Source: Trichodelitschia bisporula | Taxonomy: Eukaryota | NCBI GenBank assembly: GCA_010356995.1 | Contig: ML996706.1 | Coordinates: 124,001-188,000 of the forward strand | DNA length: 64,000 nucleotides | Reading direction: 5' to 3' | Shown: positions 23,945 to 36,508 of the stretch, in pieces | Numbering within the stretch: the stretch's first letter is position 1 | Layout: each line of letters begins with the position of its first letter | Notes under the pieces: model-generated | Told to the model about the DNA's origin: nothing | The model's database searches: none | What the model saw: only the letters and a program-made list of their open reading frames with translations | Program-made: the position numbers and the translations under genes

Positions 23945-26900
23945 TTAATGCAGCCTCCTGAGACTCTCTACCATCTCCTTGACCTCATCCACCGACATGC
24001 CGACTCCGATGACCGCCTGCTCTTGCGTCTCTGGCGAGCAGTCTAAGAACTTTTCGATTAGCTCACCATCAACGAACCGTACAGGCTCTTCGTTCTGTCG
24101 AGTCTGGGTGCGGAATGCCCGGTACTCGTTGAACCGGATGTAGCCAGGGCTCTGAATCCGTTCGGCCAGATTGGTTTGGAGTTCCATGAGTGCATTTTGC
24201 TTGGCTTCTGATATCAGTGCGAAGAGGTATATGGAGCCCTCAACCTGGACAGTGTTAGAACTTCGCGGCCCAAAGAGAGATCTTGGCTCACTGTCGCGAT
24301 GAATGCCTTAGGAATAACAGCAGCGCCAGGCTGTGTCACCACATCGATGCTTCGAATGCGATTGACCATCTCACCCAAACAAATGGTGGCTTGCAGCTGC
24401 AGACGTCGGCGATCGGTTTCTGTAGGGCCGTCCTGGTCGCGCTTCAACTGGATAAGATTACCCTCAGCATCGCTCTCAAGCCATGTATCCGGTGCAACAT
24501 TCGCAACTGCTGTACCCCACGCCGTCTGGTAGTGGCGAGCAACCTCGGTAAGGCTGTCAGCCACGCCCGGATCACCAGTGTGGTACTCAACCACGGAAAC
24601 CGACTTCATGAGATCGGCAACCGCAATGAGATTTCCTGTCACTGCAATGTCAATAGGAGCGGTGGATGTGCGGTACGTGGCACATTTGGCCAAGGTAGGC
24701 CGCGAAGGGGAAGGATAGGTCAGGCTGTATATGACGACCGTCTTGACAAGTGCAGCAACGATCTTGCCCTCCACAATTGCCAGACATCTACACATCCCCT
24801 TAACCTGATTCTCGGTAAGGAGATTGAGGGCACGTGTAGGTGTGACTTCGAAGATGAGTATTCGGCCGCGGTGGTTCTCCGCTGGCGCATCATCCAGGTA
24901 TGAAGTGCCGACCACAAAGCGCTCGACGAGGCCTCCCGTACCATCAGGGAGCTCAGCACGTATAACGGACTCAACCAGTTCGTCTTGTTCAAGAGGCCAG
25001 GTGTCAAGTTCTTGAAATAAGACTTCGTCGGCAAGTTTGAAATGGCTTTCGATCTTTTCCACAGCGTACTCCAAGGTGCGCTCTATCGTGCCTAGGCCAA
25101 AAGCCTTGAGAGCTGGTGAATATGCAACTCGTCGTACCGTCTCGCCGAGTGCAAGTGTCTGGATATGAGTGGTTCTTTCTGACTCGATGAGGGAGACTCG
25201 GAGCCCGTCCGCAGTCGCAATGGCAACGGCTCCGGGATATGCGGCAGAGTCAAAGGAGCAAAGACAGGTCGTATTCTCGGCCGTCACTGCGGAGTAGATG
25301 ATTCGGCCCTCTGAGACATAGATGAGACTCGGGTTTTCGCAGGCGACAAAGACACTAGAGGTTCCATCCGCACGCGGTAATGTTTTCAGAACCGCCTGCT
25401 GCGTTCCCAGGATTGTACTCTTTTTCGAGCTGAGCTTGTAGGTGCATGGGTCGATATCAAATTTTACAACGTTGCCATCTGCCATGGCGAGAAACAGCGT
25501 TGGCGGCTGATCAGGGAAGAGGCTGGCCAGCAAAAGTGACCGTGGCACCGCAACCTCCTCGCTACTGACTTTGACGGATTCGAGGGTGTCGAGGGTGTCG
25601 AGGTTCAATACTGCGACGAGAGAATCCTGCCAGAAGCCGACGGCGCAGACACCAGAGAGCTCTGATGATATCGTGACGCAAGCTACTTGCTGCCCGGAAG
25701 GGAAAGTCCTCTGCGTAGAAGGGATAATGGCATCGGTTAGTTTGATGACCTGAATAGTGTCGCCTCCAACTGAGACAACCAAGTGCCGATCATTTGCCGC
25801 AAGTGCCGTAATAGGCTGCGGGGGTCTCCATTCACTTCTGACCATCCCACCATCCAAGTCGACGAGTCGGACCGCCGAGCTTGTCACCTGTAGTAGGCCA
25901 CCGTCTGGGAGGTTCATCGCAAGCAATGTTTCCTCCGTGAAAGACATTCCCTTGAACTCAAGGAGCTCTTCGACGTCCCCATTCTCGGAGAACGCAAACA
26001 CCCGTGTCTCATCGATAAAGCTGACTACCAGTGTGTCGACGTGTTGCGAGGAAGTATCAGACTTCAAGCTGAACAAGTCGACAACGTGAGGTATGTCCCC
26101 GAGGAACCCGAGATCTTCGAGACCAACGCCGCTGCGGACGCTTCGAAGGCTCCCGTCGTTCCAGGCGCCGCTCCCGGTAACAATCCGAGCCTGTCCGGAA
26201 GAGTATTCATTTCCCTGTCCCTCTCCTGACCTGTTGCCCATGTCCATGACTGTGAAGTCGAGGATGGGACCAATGTTCGGCATACTCTGCAAAACGCTAA
26301 TTTTAGCCTCCTCTGTGATCTGCACAACCCGCGAGTCACCTTGGTGCGAGCCGATGAAGATTCTCCCTTGATCTAAATAGACCAGCACAGATGCCCGGGA
26401 GCTTACTCCCAGTACATCTATCCTCCACCTCTCCAGCTTTTCTTGTGCATCAAGAATCAGCATTAGGAGGTATAGTTTTCCATATTCGTCGGCAAGGACA
26501 TAGCGTTGAGTGTCTATCTTCTCCCAGGCCACAAATATCGTGGCGTCATCGAGAGGTTGAGTGTGGGTTAGGAAAGTCAGATCATCGAAGTAGGTGATGC
26601 CGGTCTCGCCAAGAATTAACATCCCATCTGGAGATCGTTAACATCACGGTTCGAGCTTCAAGGATAGACTTACAAGGAGGTCCAGAAATCGGAATCAGAT
26701 GCCGGCAGTCACGGTCTAAAGGTGAGGTTGGGGAATTCGGGATATCTTCCAACTCGGCAATGGGATCACCACCACCACCAGCAGTGTAGGACAGTTGCCT
26801 GACACGAACTTTTACGGTTCCTTCATGGTCCTCGTACAGAAGTGCCAGCCGTGGTCGATCTCCTTTTTCGCCTGATTTTGGCGTTCGTTGCAAGAAAGCA

Positions 26901-27474
26901 GACGATCTGACAAAGAATTCCGGAATCCTGGTCCACGCCGGCTCTCCAATTATCCCGTACTCAACATCGGCCTTCTTCTTTCCTCGCCTGGTAAGTGGTA
27001 AGGTGGTGATGATACCTTCGTAAACTTCAAGGATCATGAACTCCCCGGTCGGGTCGATAGTGCACCGATCTCCCGTTTGTGATGGTTGAGCGGATTTCTC
27101 GGATAGATCAAGGAACTCCTTTTCTGTGCGGAGGGTGCTGGTGGCTTGATCCCAGAACAGTGTGAAATACATGGCTCGATCGGTACCCACGAAGAGATGG
27201 TCGGTCGGTGAAGCTGGTGGCCGAATCTTATTGAGAATCGTGACTCTACCGTAGATAGAGATAGACTCCCGAAGCTCGAGGCCATCTTGTGTCTGCACGT
27301 AGAACTCAAGGCGATTAGACTTGCTAGAGTGAAATTAGATGATCCTCAAAGGTAGAGTCAAGGAGGAAGAGGGTCTTACGCGACGGCGAGACAGTCCTCG
27401 TCCGCTTGCAGGAACTGCAACTTTAGCGCATGACGAACACTACTGGGCCTGTGTATGGGCGCTATGTACGCCAT
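23945..27474 (-). CDS. DDB1: DNA damage-binding protein 1 (CUL4 ligase adaptor)
   Basis: MAYIAPIHRPSSVRHAL, LFVGTDR, FIGSHQGDS, NIGPILDF, SGAWNDGSLRSVRSGVG, VADLMKSV, FVDGELIEKFL...VESLRRLH; three introns. Confidence 0.94.
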
Positions 27475-27919
27475 CGCCAAAGGAGTACACAAGAGCGTTC
27501 GTAAACTGTGGAACAATTGCAACGTAACCGTGAAGCAATGTTGAAGTCCCCGGATGTGGGGTACTCTCTTGGTGGTGCGGCAAGCGTCAGAAGCTTCAGC
27601 CACTGGGTAGCGGGGGATGCTTGGCTAGGGCAATCGGAGCCCGCTTTTGTGGCTTAACTAAAGCCCTGTACCAAATAGCAAATCTTGGCCGCCTTGTCAT
27701 TCGTGATTTCTTCACCAGCGCTCTACCTGTACTTTCATCTACATATAAAAGAGCTTCACTTTTCAGACTTTGTATACTTATACACATTGTCTACTACCCA
27801 AATCTACACCCTGCTTCTTGAGACTCTCAAGCTGTTGTCTTGTATCTTTGGTGCGACCGCAAATTGCCACATTCGCAAACGCTTCAGCGGGAGCCTTGAA
27901 ATCCGGCTCCGCCGTCACG

Positions 27920-29098
27920 ATGCCAGGTGAGACATCCAAAAGAACAATCTCTCGACCACTAATATTGTATGTCTAGCCGCTGAGGAAGATGGGGTAATTG
28001 CGGAATATGATGTTCTGATCACACCGGAGCTTCAAGAGCGGATGTATCTTCTGCAGTACCTCAGTCGCAAGCGCTCTGATCCGTACAATGAACAGAACAA
28101 TTCGAAACCGCTCGAAATGCGAATCAAGCCGAAGTCCGGATTCATGGAAGTCGATATACCTTTAAGCACGAATGCAAACTTTGACAAAGTCAAGGGTGTG
28201 GTCTGGGGAGAGGCTCTCAGGTCTGCAAAAGAGAACGGCATGGCCTCCTTCGGGCTTGCCTCTGGATTTGGAAAGGGTGCTAAAGGCAACGACCTCCTTC
28301 AATCTGAGCGCGTCAGTCATACGAAGACTGGGGAAGAGGAGACGCAGCGGTTGCTACGCCGATTCGACGAGTCCGTCGACGCTGGTCGGGTACTGAACAA
28401 GCTCACTCTCGGTGGGCAGATCAGGAAGCCTGTGAAAGGCACGCCGATTTACTTCATGGGCGTCTTCCGGCAGAGTAAGAATAGACATCTGCATATGTAT
28501 GTGTTGCTTTGGCTTACTGGGAGCAGACGAATTGCATCTCACTCCTATTGACGGCATTGCGCAGCTGACTGCCCAGTTCCATCATATCGACGCAATAGCC
28601 TTTCACAACAGAGCGAAGGCCCAGGGCAACAAGGCCACAGCAGAAAGTGCGGCCGAGCCTCGCCTTGTGCAGCAAGTTGCACGGGCTACAGGAGCCGATG
28701 GGGAGGAGCTGAACGTCAAGGACTCTTCCAAGTTCCTCACAGAAGCGAGTGAAGAGCCGTGGACTCGACTCAAGTATTACGATGAAGAGGTACGTACTCG
28801 GATAGTGCTCACGTATAGAAATTGACAGTCATAGGCGGACGAGGCATACGTCGCCTACCATGAGAAGCTCTTCGTCAGGGACCCGGATGCCGTTCCACAG
28901 CTCGCGTCTTCGATGACGAATGATCAGTTCCTGGATTCCATCAGCGCTCCTCGCTATGACCCCGTCAAGAAGGCGAAGAGGAAGCCATTGACCAGGAAGC
29001 AGCTGGTGGACCTTTCCAAGGAGTCGGGCGATGATGATGATGTGGAGATACAGTTACCATTCAAGGATGGAGGAGATGACAAGACGGAAGTCGGGTAG
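27920..29098 (+). CDS. RPC37: RNA polymerase III subunit Rpc5/C37 (Sin-like)
   Basis: 7-nt first coding exon, then EDGVIAEYDVLI...MYLLQY...MRIKPKSGFMEVDIP...LTLGGQ...YFMGVF-DELHLTPIDGIAQL...FHHID...EEPWTRL...MTNDQFLDSISAP. Confidence 0.82.
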
Positions 29099-29699
29099 GG
29101 CATGCGTCGTCGGCTCGGAGTTCTGGGTCTTCAGGGGGGAATGCATCACTGGAGACACATTTTCTCGGAGTTAGGGACCAGCCTTATCAATGTGTAGATA
29201 CATGTTTAATGAATATCCCGTCAAACTCGTAAGGTCTCCAGTGCAGGTTTGCATGACATATTCTACCTTCTCCGATGGCGTCGCCTCCAACTATTCGTCC
29301 GAAGTCAGGTGGTCAGCCGGGAGCCTCAAACATGACGCCTTGGTGCCTGGCCCCACTTGTCTGAGCTTAAACGGAAAAAGTCTTCCCTTGGAACTTTTTC
29401 CCTTTCCTTTTCATCTTCACTCTTCACCGGAACTCGTCCAGCGGTGGTTCGGTACTGCTGCACTCGGCAGTAATTCTGCTCGGTTTCCGGTTACGCCAGC
29501 TAGTGCTGAGACATAACCGCAGGCGCGTTAAGGCAGATCACCGAACTAATCATGTAGTTCTATTCGCCGATGTGCTCTTGCACATTCCCTTCCTCCACGC
29601 GGTTATCCTCGGCCTTACAACATCTTACCCCAGCCGTCAGCAAGTCGTCGATATCCTTCTCTTCCTTACGTTCATATCATCCTCAACTGCATTGTCATC

Positions 29700-30975
29700 A
29701 TGAGAGGAGGCATTGGCTTTGCATCGTCATCCTGGCGCATTGCGTCTGTGGCCCGGAATCCGATCTCCCGGAGGCAATTCTCGTGCACATCTCCGGCGCA
29801 AGCAACATATGGATTCGTGGGCTTAGGACAAATGGGTTTGTACAATCCACTTTATACTTGTATCTCTGCTAATGCTCGTAGGCTACCGCATGGCCAAAAA
29901 CCTACGGGAAAAGCTGCCCACCGATGACGTGCTCATTGTGCAGGATATCAATCAAGCTGCTTCGAAGAAGTTCGCCGAGGAATTGACTGGATTCAACGTT
30001 GTTGTCGCTGAAAGCCCCAGGCAAGTTGCTGAGAATTCGGTATGCTCCCTACCTTCCTTTCACTTCCATTTTTTTCAACCCTTTATGATGAGTATGTTCC
30101 GAATATCAATGACTAAGTTGGGGGCCGCGTTTTGCGGCTTCTTAAAGATGATTTATCTTACATCCAAGCCAATCCTCTGAATCTTGTTACCATTTTCTTC
30201 TCTATCACGTCTTTAGTAGCTTGACGCTGACTTGCCAAAGGAAACCATCATCACGGCGCTTCCGGAGCCCCCACACGTGAAAGCCGTGTATGATACGATG
30301 CTTCAGCCGGCTACGCTCCTGAAGGGTGGCGTGCCTACGCCACGGCTCTTCATCGACTGTTCCACTATCGATTTGGAGACCTCTGCTGCAGTCGCTAATG
30401 CTGCGCGCTCCACTCAGCAGGGCAGCTTTGTGGATGCTCCCATGTCCGGCGGTGTCATGGGTGCCGAGGCTGGAACGCTGACATTCATGATCGGCGCGCC
30501 TTCCGAGCTCATTGAGAAGGCATCGAACGTTTTGTCGTTGATGGGTCGTCGCATTCTGCATATGGGAGACCAAGGTGCCGGCCTCAAGGCCAAGTTGGCG
30601 AACAACTACCTGCTTGCTCTGAACAACATCGCTACCTGTGAAGCTATGAGTATGGGCATCAAGTGGGGCCTTGATCCCAAGGCGTTGGCCGACATGATCA
30701 ACATCAGCACTGGCCGTTGTTGGCCCAGCGAAGTCAACAACCCCGTACCTGGCGTAATCCCTACCTCACCCTCCAGCAAGGGCTACGCAGGTGGGTTTGG
30801 CGTGTCGTTGATGAACAAGGACCTTAAGCTCGCACTCAAAGCCTGCGAAGAATTTGGTGTGGACGTCAGGATTGGTCCCGTGGCTAAGCAGATCTATGAT
30901 GCCGTACAAGCGGACGAGAATTGCAAGGGGAAGGATTTTTCGGTGGTGTACAGATACTTGGGAGGCAAAGAGTAG
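29700..30975 (+). CDS. HIBADH: 3-hydroxyisobutyrate dehydrogenase, mitochondrial
   Basis: Arg/Ser-rich presequence; YGFVGLGQMGY-MAKNL; FIDCSTID, FVDAPMSGG, AKLANNY, STGRCW, YAGGFGVSLMNKDL, KDFSVVY; introns ~29836-29881 and 30040-30240. Confidence 0.92.
30085..30180 (+). ncRNA. Intronic box C/D snoRNA
   Basis: Inside an unusually long 201-nt intron: box C ATGATGA (30085), D'-like ATGA (30109), internal hairpin GCCGC-GTTTT-GCGGC, box D CTGA (30177). The guide AGCCAATCCT is complementary to conserved LSU rRNA AGGAUUGGCU. Confidence 0.78.
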
Positions 30976-31323
30976 CTCATAATGGAGTAGTGCTGGCATT
31001 CTCAGAGTTGAGGGCCATTTAATGGCAACCGGTCCAAATGGTGACTTTTTAAGTTGTACCTTTTTTGCCATTGACTTGCTGTTGTTGTTCAATCGTACTG
31101 CCCTCACTATTCCCCAGTCCCTCTGTTCCGTACCGTAGTACCACATACGCCACTGTACGTCATTCTTGGCGACACGCCTCATGGCGCGTTCCAAAAGAAA
31201 CCCTGTCGGCTTCCATCCTTCGCGCGTCTTGCGATCACCAACCAATTCACCAGTCTCGCCGGCATCGTTGCAACAAGCACATCTCCACACTTCTTCTATC
31301 AACTGCGTGCCACTTCTCACGCA

Positions 31324-32149
31324 ATGGCATCTTCATCTTCAGCGACCCCGCTCCTCTAGTAAGCTCACCGGCACTCCTGTTCTGGAGATGGACTGACACT
31401 AGGAGTTCTTGCATCGCTTACAATACAACCATCCTCGCCGAGCACACTTCATCGGCCAGCTCACAAGCATCCTCCCTCGCCTCGTTGATACTCCCTAAGA
31501 TTGACCACCGCGCCCCGCAGAAGTTGACCTACACTCATGGAACCAACTTCATCCATTACATTGCTGCTGCGCATTCCGAATATCCAGATTCGCTTTCAGC
31601 GGGCGGACTGACGTTCCTCACAATCGCGCATGAATCGCTTGGGCGTCGGATACCGTTTGGCTACCTAGTAGAAATCAAGAACAAGTTTCTCGCCCAGTAC
31701 CCCCCCGCTTCGACCGACTTCGGCTCACTTCCTCCTTACGGCGCTGCTGCGTTCAACTCTACCCTCAAGAAGCTCATGGTCGACTTTGGGACCACTGAAG
31801 AAGGTCAGAACGATGCTATGCGCAATGTGCAGCGGGAAATGGACAACGTGCGGGAGATCATGACCGAGAATATCGAGAGGGTTTTGGAGCGCGGAGAGCG
31901 AATCGATCTCCTTGTGGACAAGACCGACCGGTTAGGTGGTAATGCGCGGGACTTTCGGGTTAAGAGTAGGACTTTGCGGCGGCAGATGTGGTGGAAGAAC
32001 GTCAAGCTTATGGTCATGTTGATCACTGTCGTGATTTTCTTGCTTTACCTCTTCATCGGGTTTGGCTGCGGACTTCCTGGTAGGAACCTCTGCTCTCACA
32101 AGCGCCCCACTAACCACCTGCAGCTTGGGGGAAATGCATCCATCATTAG
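31324..32149 (+). CDS. NYV1: Longin R-SNARE (VAMP7/Nyv1-like)
   Basis: MASSSSATPLLYSCIAY..., longin domain, VREIMTENIERVLERGERIDLLVDKT, MWWKNVKL and TM helix; introns 31359-31405 and ~32080-32123. Confidence 0.9.
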
Positions 32150-33249
32150 ACAGGAGTTCGAACGCGGTCGGTCAGAGGTTTTCGGCATGGTTGAAACTTA
32201 TAAGCCCCACGGCAGTTGGCGGGTCTCGCCACTCATACCCATTTAGCGTTGTTCATTATATGCATCAGGGCTTTGGTTGGAGAGCCATTTGGCAGAGGCG
32301 ATCAGTTCTCAAAGGAGCTTGTATCAATGGCAGCATACTTCCAGGCCCCAGGAATGATATCCTCTAGCGTGAACTGGGCTGATCTTGCAGCTGACAGCTC
32401 GCCTGCTCGGTGAGTCTAGACTTGCCTTCCGGGTTGGAAAGGCACACACTTCCGGCTTACTTCAAATGCAGCTTGACATCTCAGGAGAAGCCATCTGCAC
32501 AGACGGAATATTCGTGAGGCGCACTTTACTCATTCTATCAACCTTCTGGGGAGTCCTATTCATAGTACATACGCCCTGAATCCGTACTCCACATTCCGGG
32601 CCAAGATCTGTCCGAAGATCATAAAGTGCGTGTTCTTCCGCTCTTCAAAGCCGAAACGGCTTGAGGAACCGTGAATTGCACACATCTATTCGGATAGGCC
32701 GGTGCCTGGGCATTTCTGCTTAATGCAGGGCCGTTGGGTTGAGATATAGTCGGCACCTGTGATCCTGTCGAACCCGTTTCGCATTCATGAAATCCAGAGG
32801 GCCCCCGTCCCCCATCCGCCCTCGCCTACCTCGAGTAGCACCACAAACTTTTCTTTAAGACAGCAATGCTAATATAATGCTATAGGGGAAATGCCACCAA
32901 TGGGGACATAGTCTGACCTCCCACAGACCAGAATGACCCGCCCTGCGCAGGTTACACCCTCTCGCAATACTCAGTAGACAGCCGGAACATAAAGTAAACG
33001 ACATGCCAGGTATCTACCAAGCGAGGGAACGCCAACCCAATATCAGCCGCCTGACTCTGGTCCGAGCTGTGACCTGTCGCTCCCGGGCCCAAAACAGTAG
33101 CTTGTTGAATTGTTCCGTCGTCAATGCTCTCGCACTAACGCCTCTGGAACTCTAGATGGAAAGCGATGCCATGGTTTAAAGTACGCTGCGCGTCCGCGTC
33201 CCCATTTTGACATCACGGCCTCTACTCACCCCTCCGCCTCTCCGCCACA

Positions 33250-34654
33250 ATGCCGCTCCCCGCCGCCCTCCTCCTCGCCGCGTTAGCCTCCTCGGCCAGC
33301 GCGCAGCTCGTCGGCACCAACCAGGCCGAGACCCACCCGGCCATGAGTTGGCAGCAGTGCACCAAGGGTGGTAGCTGTACCACCAAGGCCGGCAAGGTCG
33401 TTCTCGACGCCAACTGGCGCTGGCTGCACCAGCCGGGCGGGACGAAGAACTGCTACTCGGGCAACGAGTGGGATAAGGCCATCTGCACGGACAACAAGGC
33501 CTGTGCGAGCAAGTGCGCGCTCGACGGCGCTGACTACTCGGGCACGTATGGCGTGCAGGCTGGCGGCAACTCGCTGCAGCTCAAGTTCATCACCAAAGGC
33601 CAGTACTCGACCAATATCGGCTCGCGGTTGTATCTCATGGCCGACGATGCCAAGTACCAGATGTTCAGCCTGCTCAATAAGGAGTTCACGTTTGATGTGG
33701 AAATGTCCAATGTGCCTTGCGGGCTGAACGCCGCCCTCTACTTCGTGTCCATGGACGCCGATGGCGGCCTGTCCAAGTTCCCAACCAACAAGGCCGGAGC
33801 CAAGTACGGCACGGGCTACTGCGACGCGCAATGCCCGCGCGACCTCAAGTTCATCAACGGCGAGGTACGTGTCCCATCCTTTGATCCCCAACCTTTCTAA
33901 TCCACGACAGGCCAACGTCGAAGGCTGGTTGCCGTCCAAGAACGACAAGAATGCCGGTGTCGGCGGCTACGGCAGCTGCTGCTCCGAGATGGATATCTGG
34001 GAAGCAAATTCTGCGTCCGCCGCGCTGACACCGCACGCGTGCACGACGACATCGCAGACGCGCTGCAAGGGCGACAGCTGCGGCGGGACGTACTCGGCGG
34101 AGCGGTACGCGGGCGTCTGCGACCCCGACGGCTGCGACTTCAACTCGTACCGCATGGGCGACAAGACCTTCTACGGCAAGGGCAAGACGGTCGACACGAG
34201 CAAGAAGATGACAGTGGTGACGCAGTTTATCGGGTCGCCGCTGCAGGAGATCAAGCGCTTCTACGTGCAGAACGGGAAGGTGATTGCCAATTCGCAGTCC
34301 AAGATCGAAGGCGTCACGGGCAATAGCATCACGCCTAAGTTTTGCGATGCGCAGAAGGCGGCGTTCAAGGATAAGGATCCGTTCAAGGAGAAGGGTGGCT
34401 TTTCGTCCATGAGCTCGGCGCTGCAGAAGGGTATGGTGCTCGTCATGAGCTTGTGGGACGATCACTACTCGAACATGCTGTGGCTCGACAGCACCTTCCC
34501 GACTGATAAGTCCGGACCCGGTACTGAGCGCGGTGATTGCCCGACGTCAGGCGGAACACCCGAAGCCGTGGAAGCAGAGTCCGGCAGCGCGTCCGTCACG
34601 TTCTCGAACATCAAGTTCGGTGACATCAACTCGACATTTGCGGCCGGCAAGTAG
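33250..34654 (+). CDS. GH7 cellobiohydrolase, secreted, no CBM1
   Basis: Signal peptide then Gln; [33 protein letters not shown], catalytic [30 protein letters not shown]; intron 33865-33910; ends right after the catalytic domain. Confidence 0.96.
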
Positions 34655-35875
34655 GAGCAAAGGTGATGCTGACTTGAGGAAAGCAAAAGTTTCGCAGGCT
34701 TGGGCAACGCATATAGCCAATGTAACATCATCTTTATCTTCTCGGGCGGAACGCATCTGATGTTCAATTTTTGCTGCCTTCTAACAAGGAAGCCATCCTC
34801 ATTCCTAAGAAGGCACCATGCACAGAACCTCCGTGACAGTCACAGGGGCTTCTACTGTAGCGCAGTCCTGCATCTACACCAAGTTAGCTGTGAGAGTGTG
34901 CCAAGTTGAGGGCCATACGACGACGGGTCCTGGTCCAAAATGGCCACCAAATCCAGATGCCGCTGTCACCAATGGTGGACTGGCTGTTTTGGCCGGGCAG
35001 CCTCCACAATTCACCCAGCTAGTGTGCCGAACGAATTGCTGGCGCTGGCGACATGTACGCATCTGAACTGGGCGTGGGGACGGCATTCCGAGGATGTAAG
35101 GTGCGGAGCAGTCCTGCCTCGGAGAGGCCATCTGTGGAGCATTTTGGGCGCTCGCAACCGTTTGGAGGGTTGAGCTCCCAAGCGTAGTTGTTGACGGAGG
35201 CGGAAATATGTTTGGGGCTATGAGCTGCGCAGAGCTGTGTATTTTAGCCGCAACTCGTTAATATCGACGTCTAGAAGGTGTCTTACCACATGTGAGAGAA
35301 TAAGGCCAAGGCCAATACCGACAGTAGCTGATACATGCTCTTCATTTTGGTAGGTGGAGCCGTGCAATGCAGGTTGAAACGCGATGCTAAATGGCTGAGA
35401 GCACAGGACTTGAGTGGAGGTGTGACGTGGAGAAAGTCTCCGGCGCGTGATGTTTCTCAGGGACCGTAAATGCCCATGACGGCATGCAATTGTCAGGAGA
35501 TATTTGGTTCCGGGTAGTTGCGACCCTGAATTGAAGTATGATGATTTAAAAATGCCCACAGGGTCCCCACACAAAATTACATCCACTTCAATGAGAAACC
35601 AGGACTGAGGACACACATAAGGTGCAGGATGAGGGCGGAAATATTCGTTGATGATATCTATGTCCAGGGTTCCTTGACGTAAGTTTAGGGTATAGTGGCA
35701 CTCCGATGATCTTGAGACTTATGGAAGCCACAAGCCCTCCATTTAGAAAGCGTCTGGGGGAGATCGTTGGCCATCAAACCGCAGTCGCCCATGTCAGAGA
35801 TCCACCGTGAAGCATAGAAGTGGCGACTGGAGGCGAAAACTGGTTCGAATTTGCTCTTTCCAACGTAGGCATGGC

Positions 35876-36508
35876 TCACTGAAAGTGAGTATCAACGTGA
35901 AAGGCTACAGCTGCCTCGTCGCCTTCAAATGAGCCACAAACAGGACAGATGACGAGCGGAAGTGATGGAGTAGTCTCTGTGGCCTCCGATAGATCATTCG
36001 TTTCTTCGCTGGTTTGCGCCTTCTTTCTTCCCTTCTTAGGTTGCCGAGGCGGACGTATGTAATCTCCTAAATTTCCAATACTTGACTTGGACGCAGTTGT
36101 GTAGTCGTGGGGATCTTCCCGCAGATCAGAAGCTTGTCTCGCACTTGACCCTCGGGTAGATATGAAGGCCTCTGTCACCACATAGCTCCGTTCGGCTACA
36201 GGGTCTCCGTTCCGGCCCAGGTTCTGAAGGCCTTCCGACGCAGCTCGCGCCGTCGCTTCGTCAACGAGCTGTTGCACCCGGCCGACTCTTCCGTCTCGGA
36301 GACGCACTTTGATGCCATGTGGATGGTTGCCGTTCGTGAGTACTTCGCCGACGATTCCTTGGACTTGCCGGCCGGTGGGCTGGTCTACCTTGAGTACAAT
36401 GGAAACCGGGGCTCCTGGAACAACATTTTGAGCAGCTGGAACGTTCCGATTTCCAACTGGAGGGCGCCCACCGGGCCTCCGGCCGCGTCCCGCGAAGGAG
36501 CCTCGCAT
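35876..36508 (-). CDS. YwbE/DUF2196-like protein with C-terminal UBZ-type zinc finger
   Basis: VSIVLKVDQPTGRQVQGIVGEVLTNGNHPHGIKVRLRDGRVGRVQ (YwbE-like); C-terminal CPVCGSFEGDEAAVAFHVDTHF. Start taken at the ATG of MRGSFAG; the ORF is open further upstream. Confidence 0.75.
   Translation of the reverse strand: MRGSFAGRGRRPGGRPPVGNRNVPAAQNVVPGAPVSIVLKVDQPTGRQVQGIVGEVLTNGNHPHGIKVRLRDGRVGRVQQLVDEATARAASEGLQNLGRNGDPVAERSYVVTEAFISTRGSSARQASDLREDPHDYTTASKSSIGNLGDYIRPPRQPKKGRKKAQTSEETNDLSEATETTPSLPLVICPVCGSFEGDEAAVAFHVDTHFQ

Noticed and set aside
7845..27474. Apparent clustering of ubiquitin-proteasome genes (OTU, ULA1, PI31, DDB1)
   Set aside because: Interspersed with unrelated genes; no shared motif seen; such genes are common enough for chance adjacency.
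31065..31323. Long N-terminal extension of the SNARE ORF from a TTG start
   Set aside because: Artefact of reading upstream in the exon-2 frame; the ATG at 31324 plus intron gives the expected N-terminus.
32150..33249. XlnR/ClrB/CreA-like sites upstream of the cellulase
   Set aside because: Only isolated short matches (GGCTGA, CTGGGG, CGG-N9-CCG); not distinguishable from background by eye.
33283..34465. Long antisense ORFs over GH7, and similar shadow ORFs over other genes
   Set aside because: Expected from GC-rich codon bias; no recognisable domains.
35538..35608. ATGATGA...CTGA about 70 nt apart
   Set aside because: No clear intron context or terminal stem, and only 7-8 nt of rRNA complementarity; likely chance.
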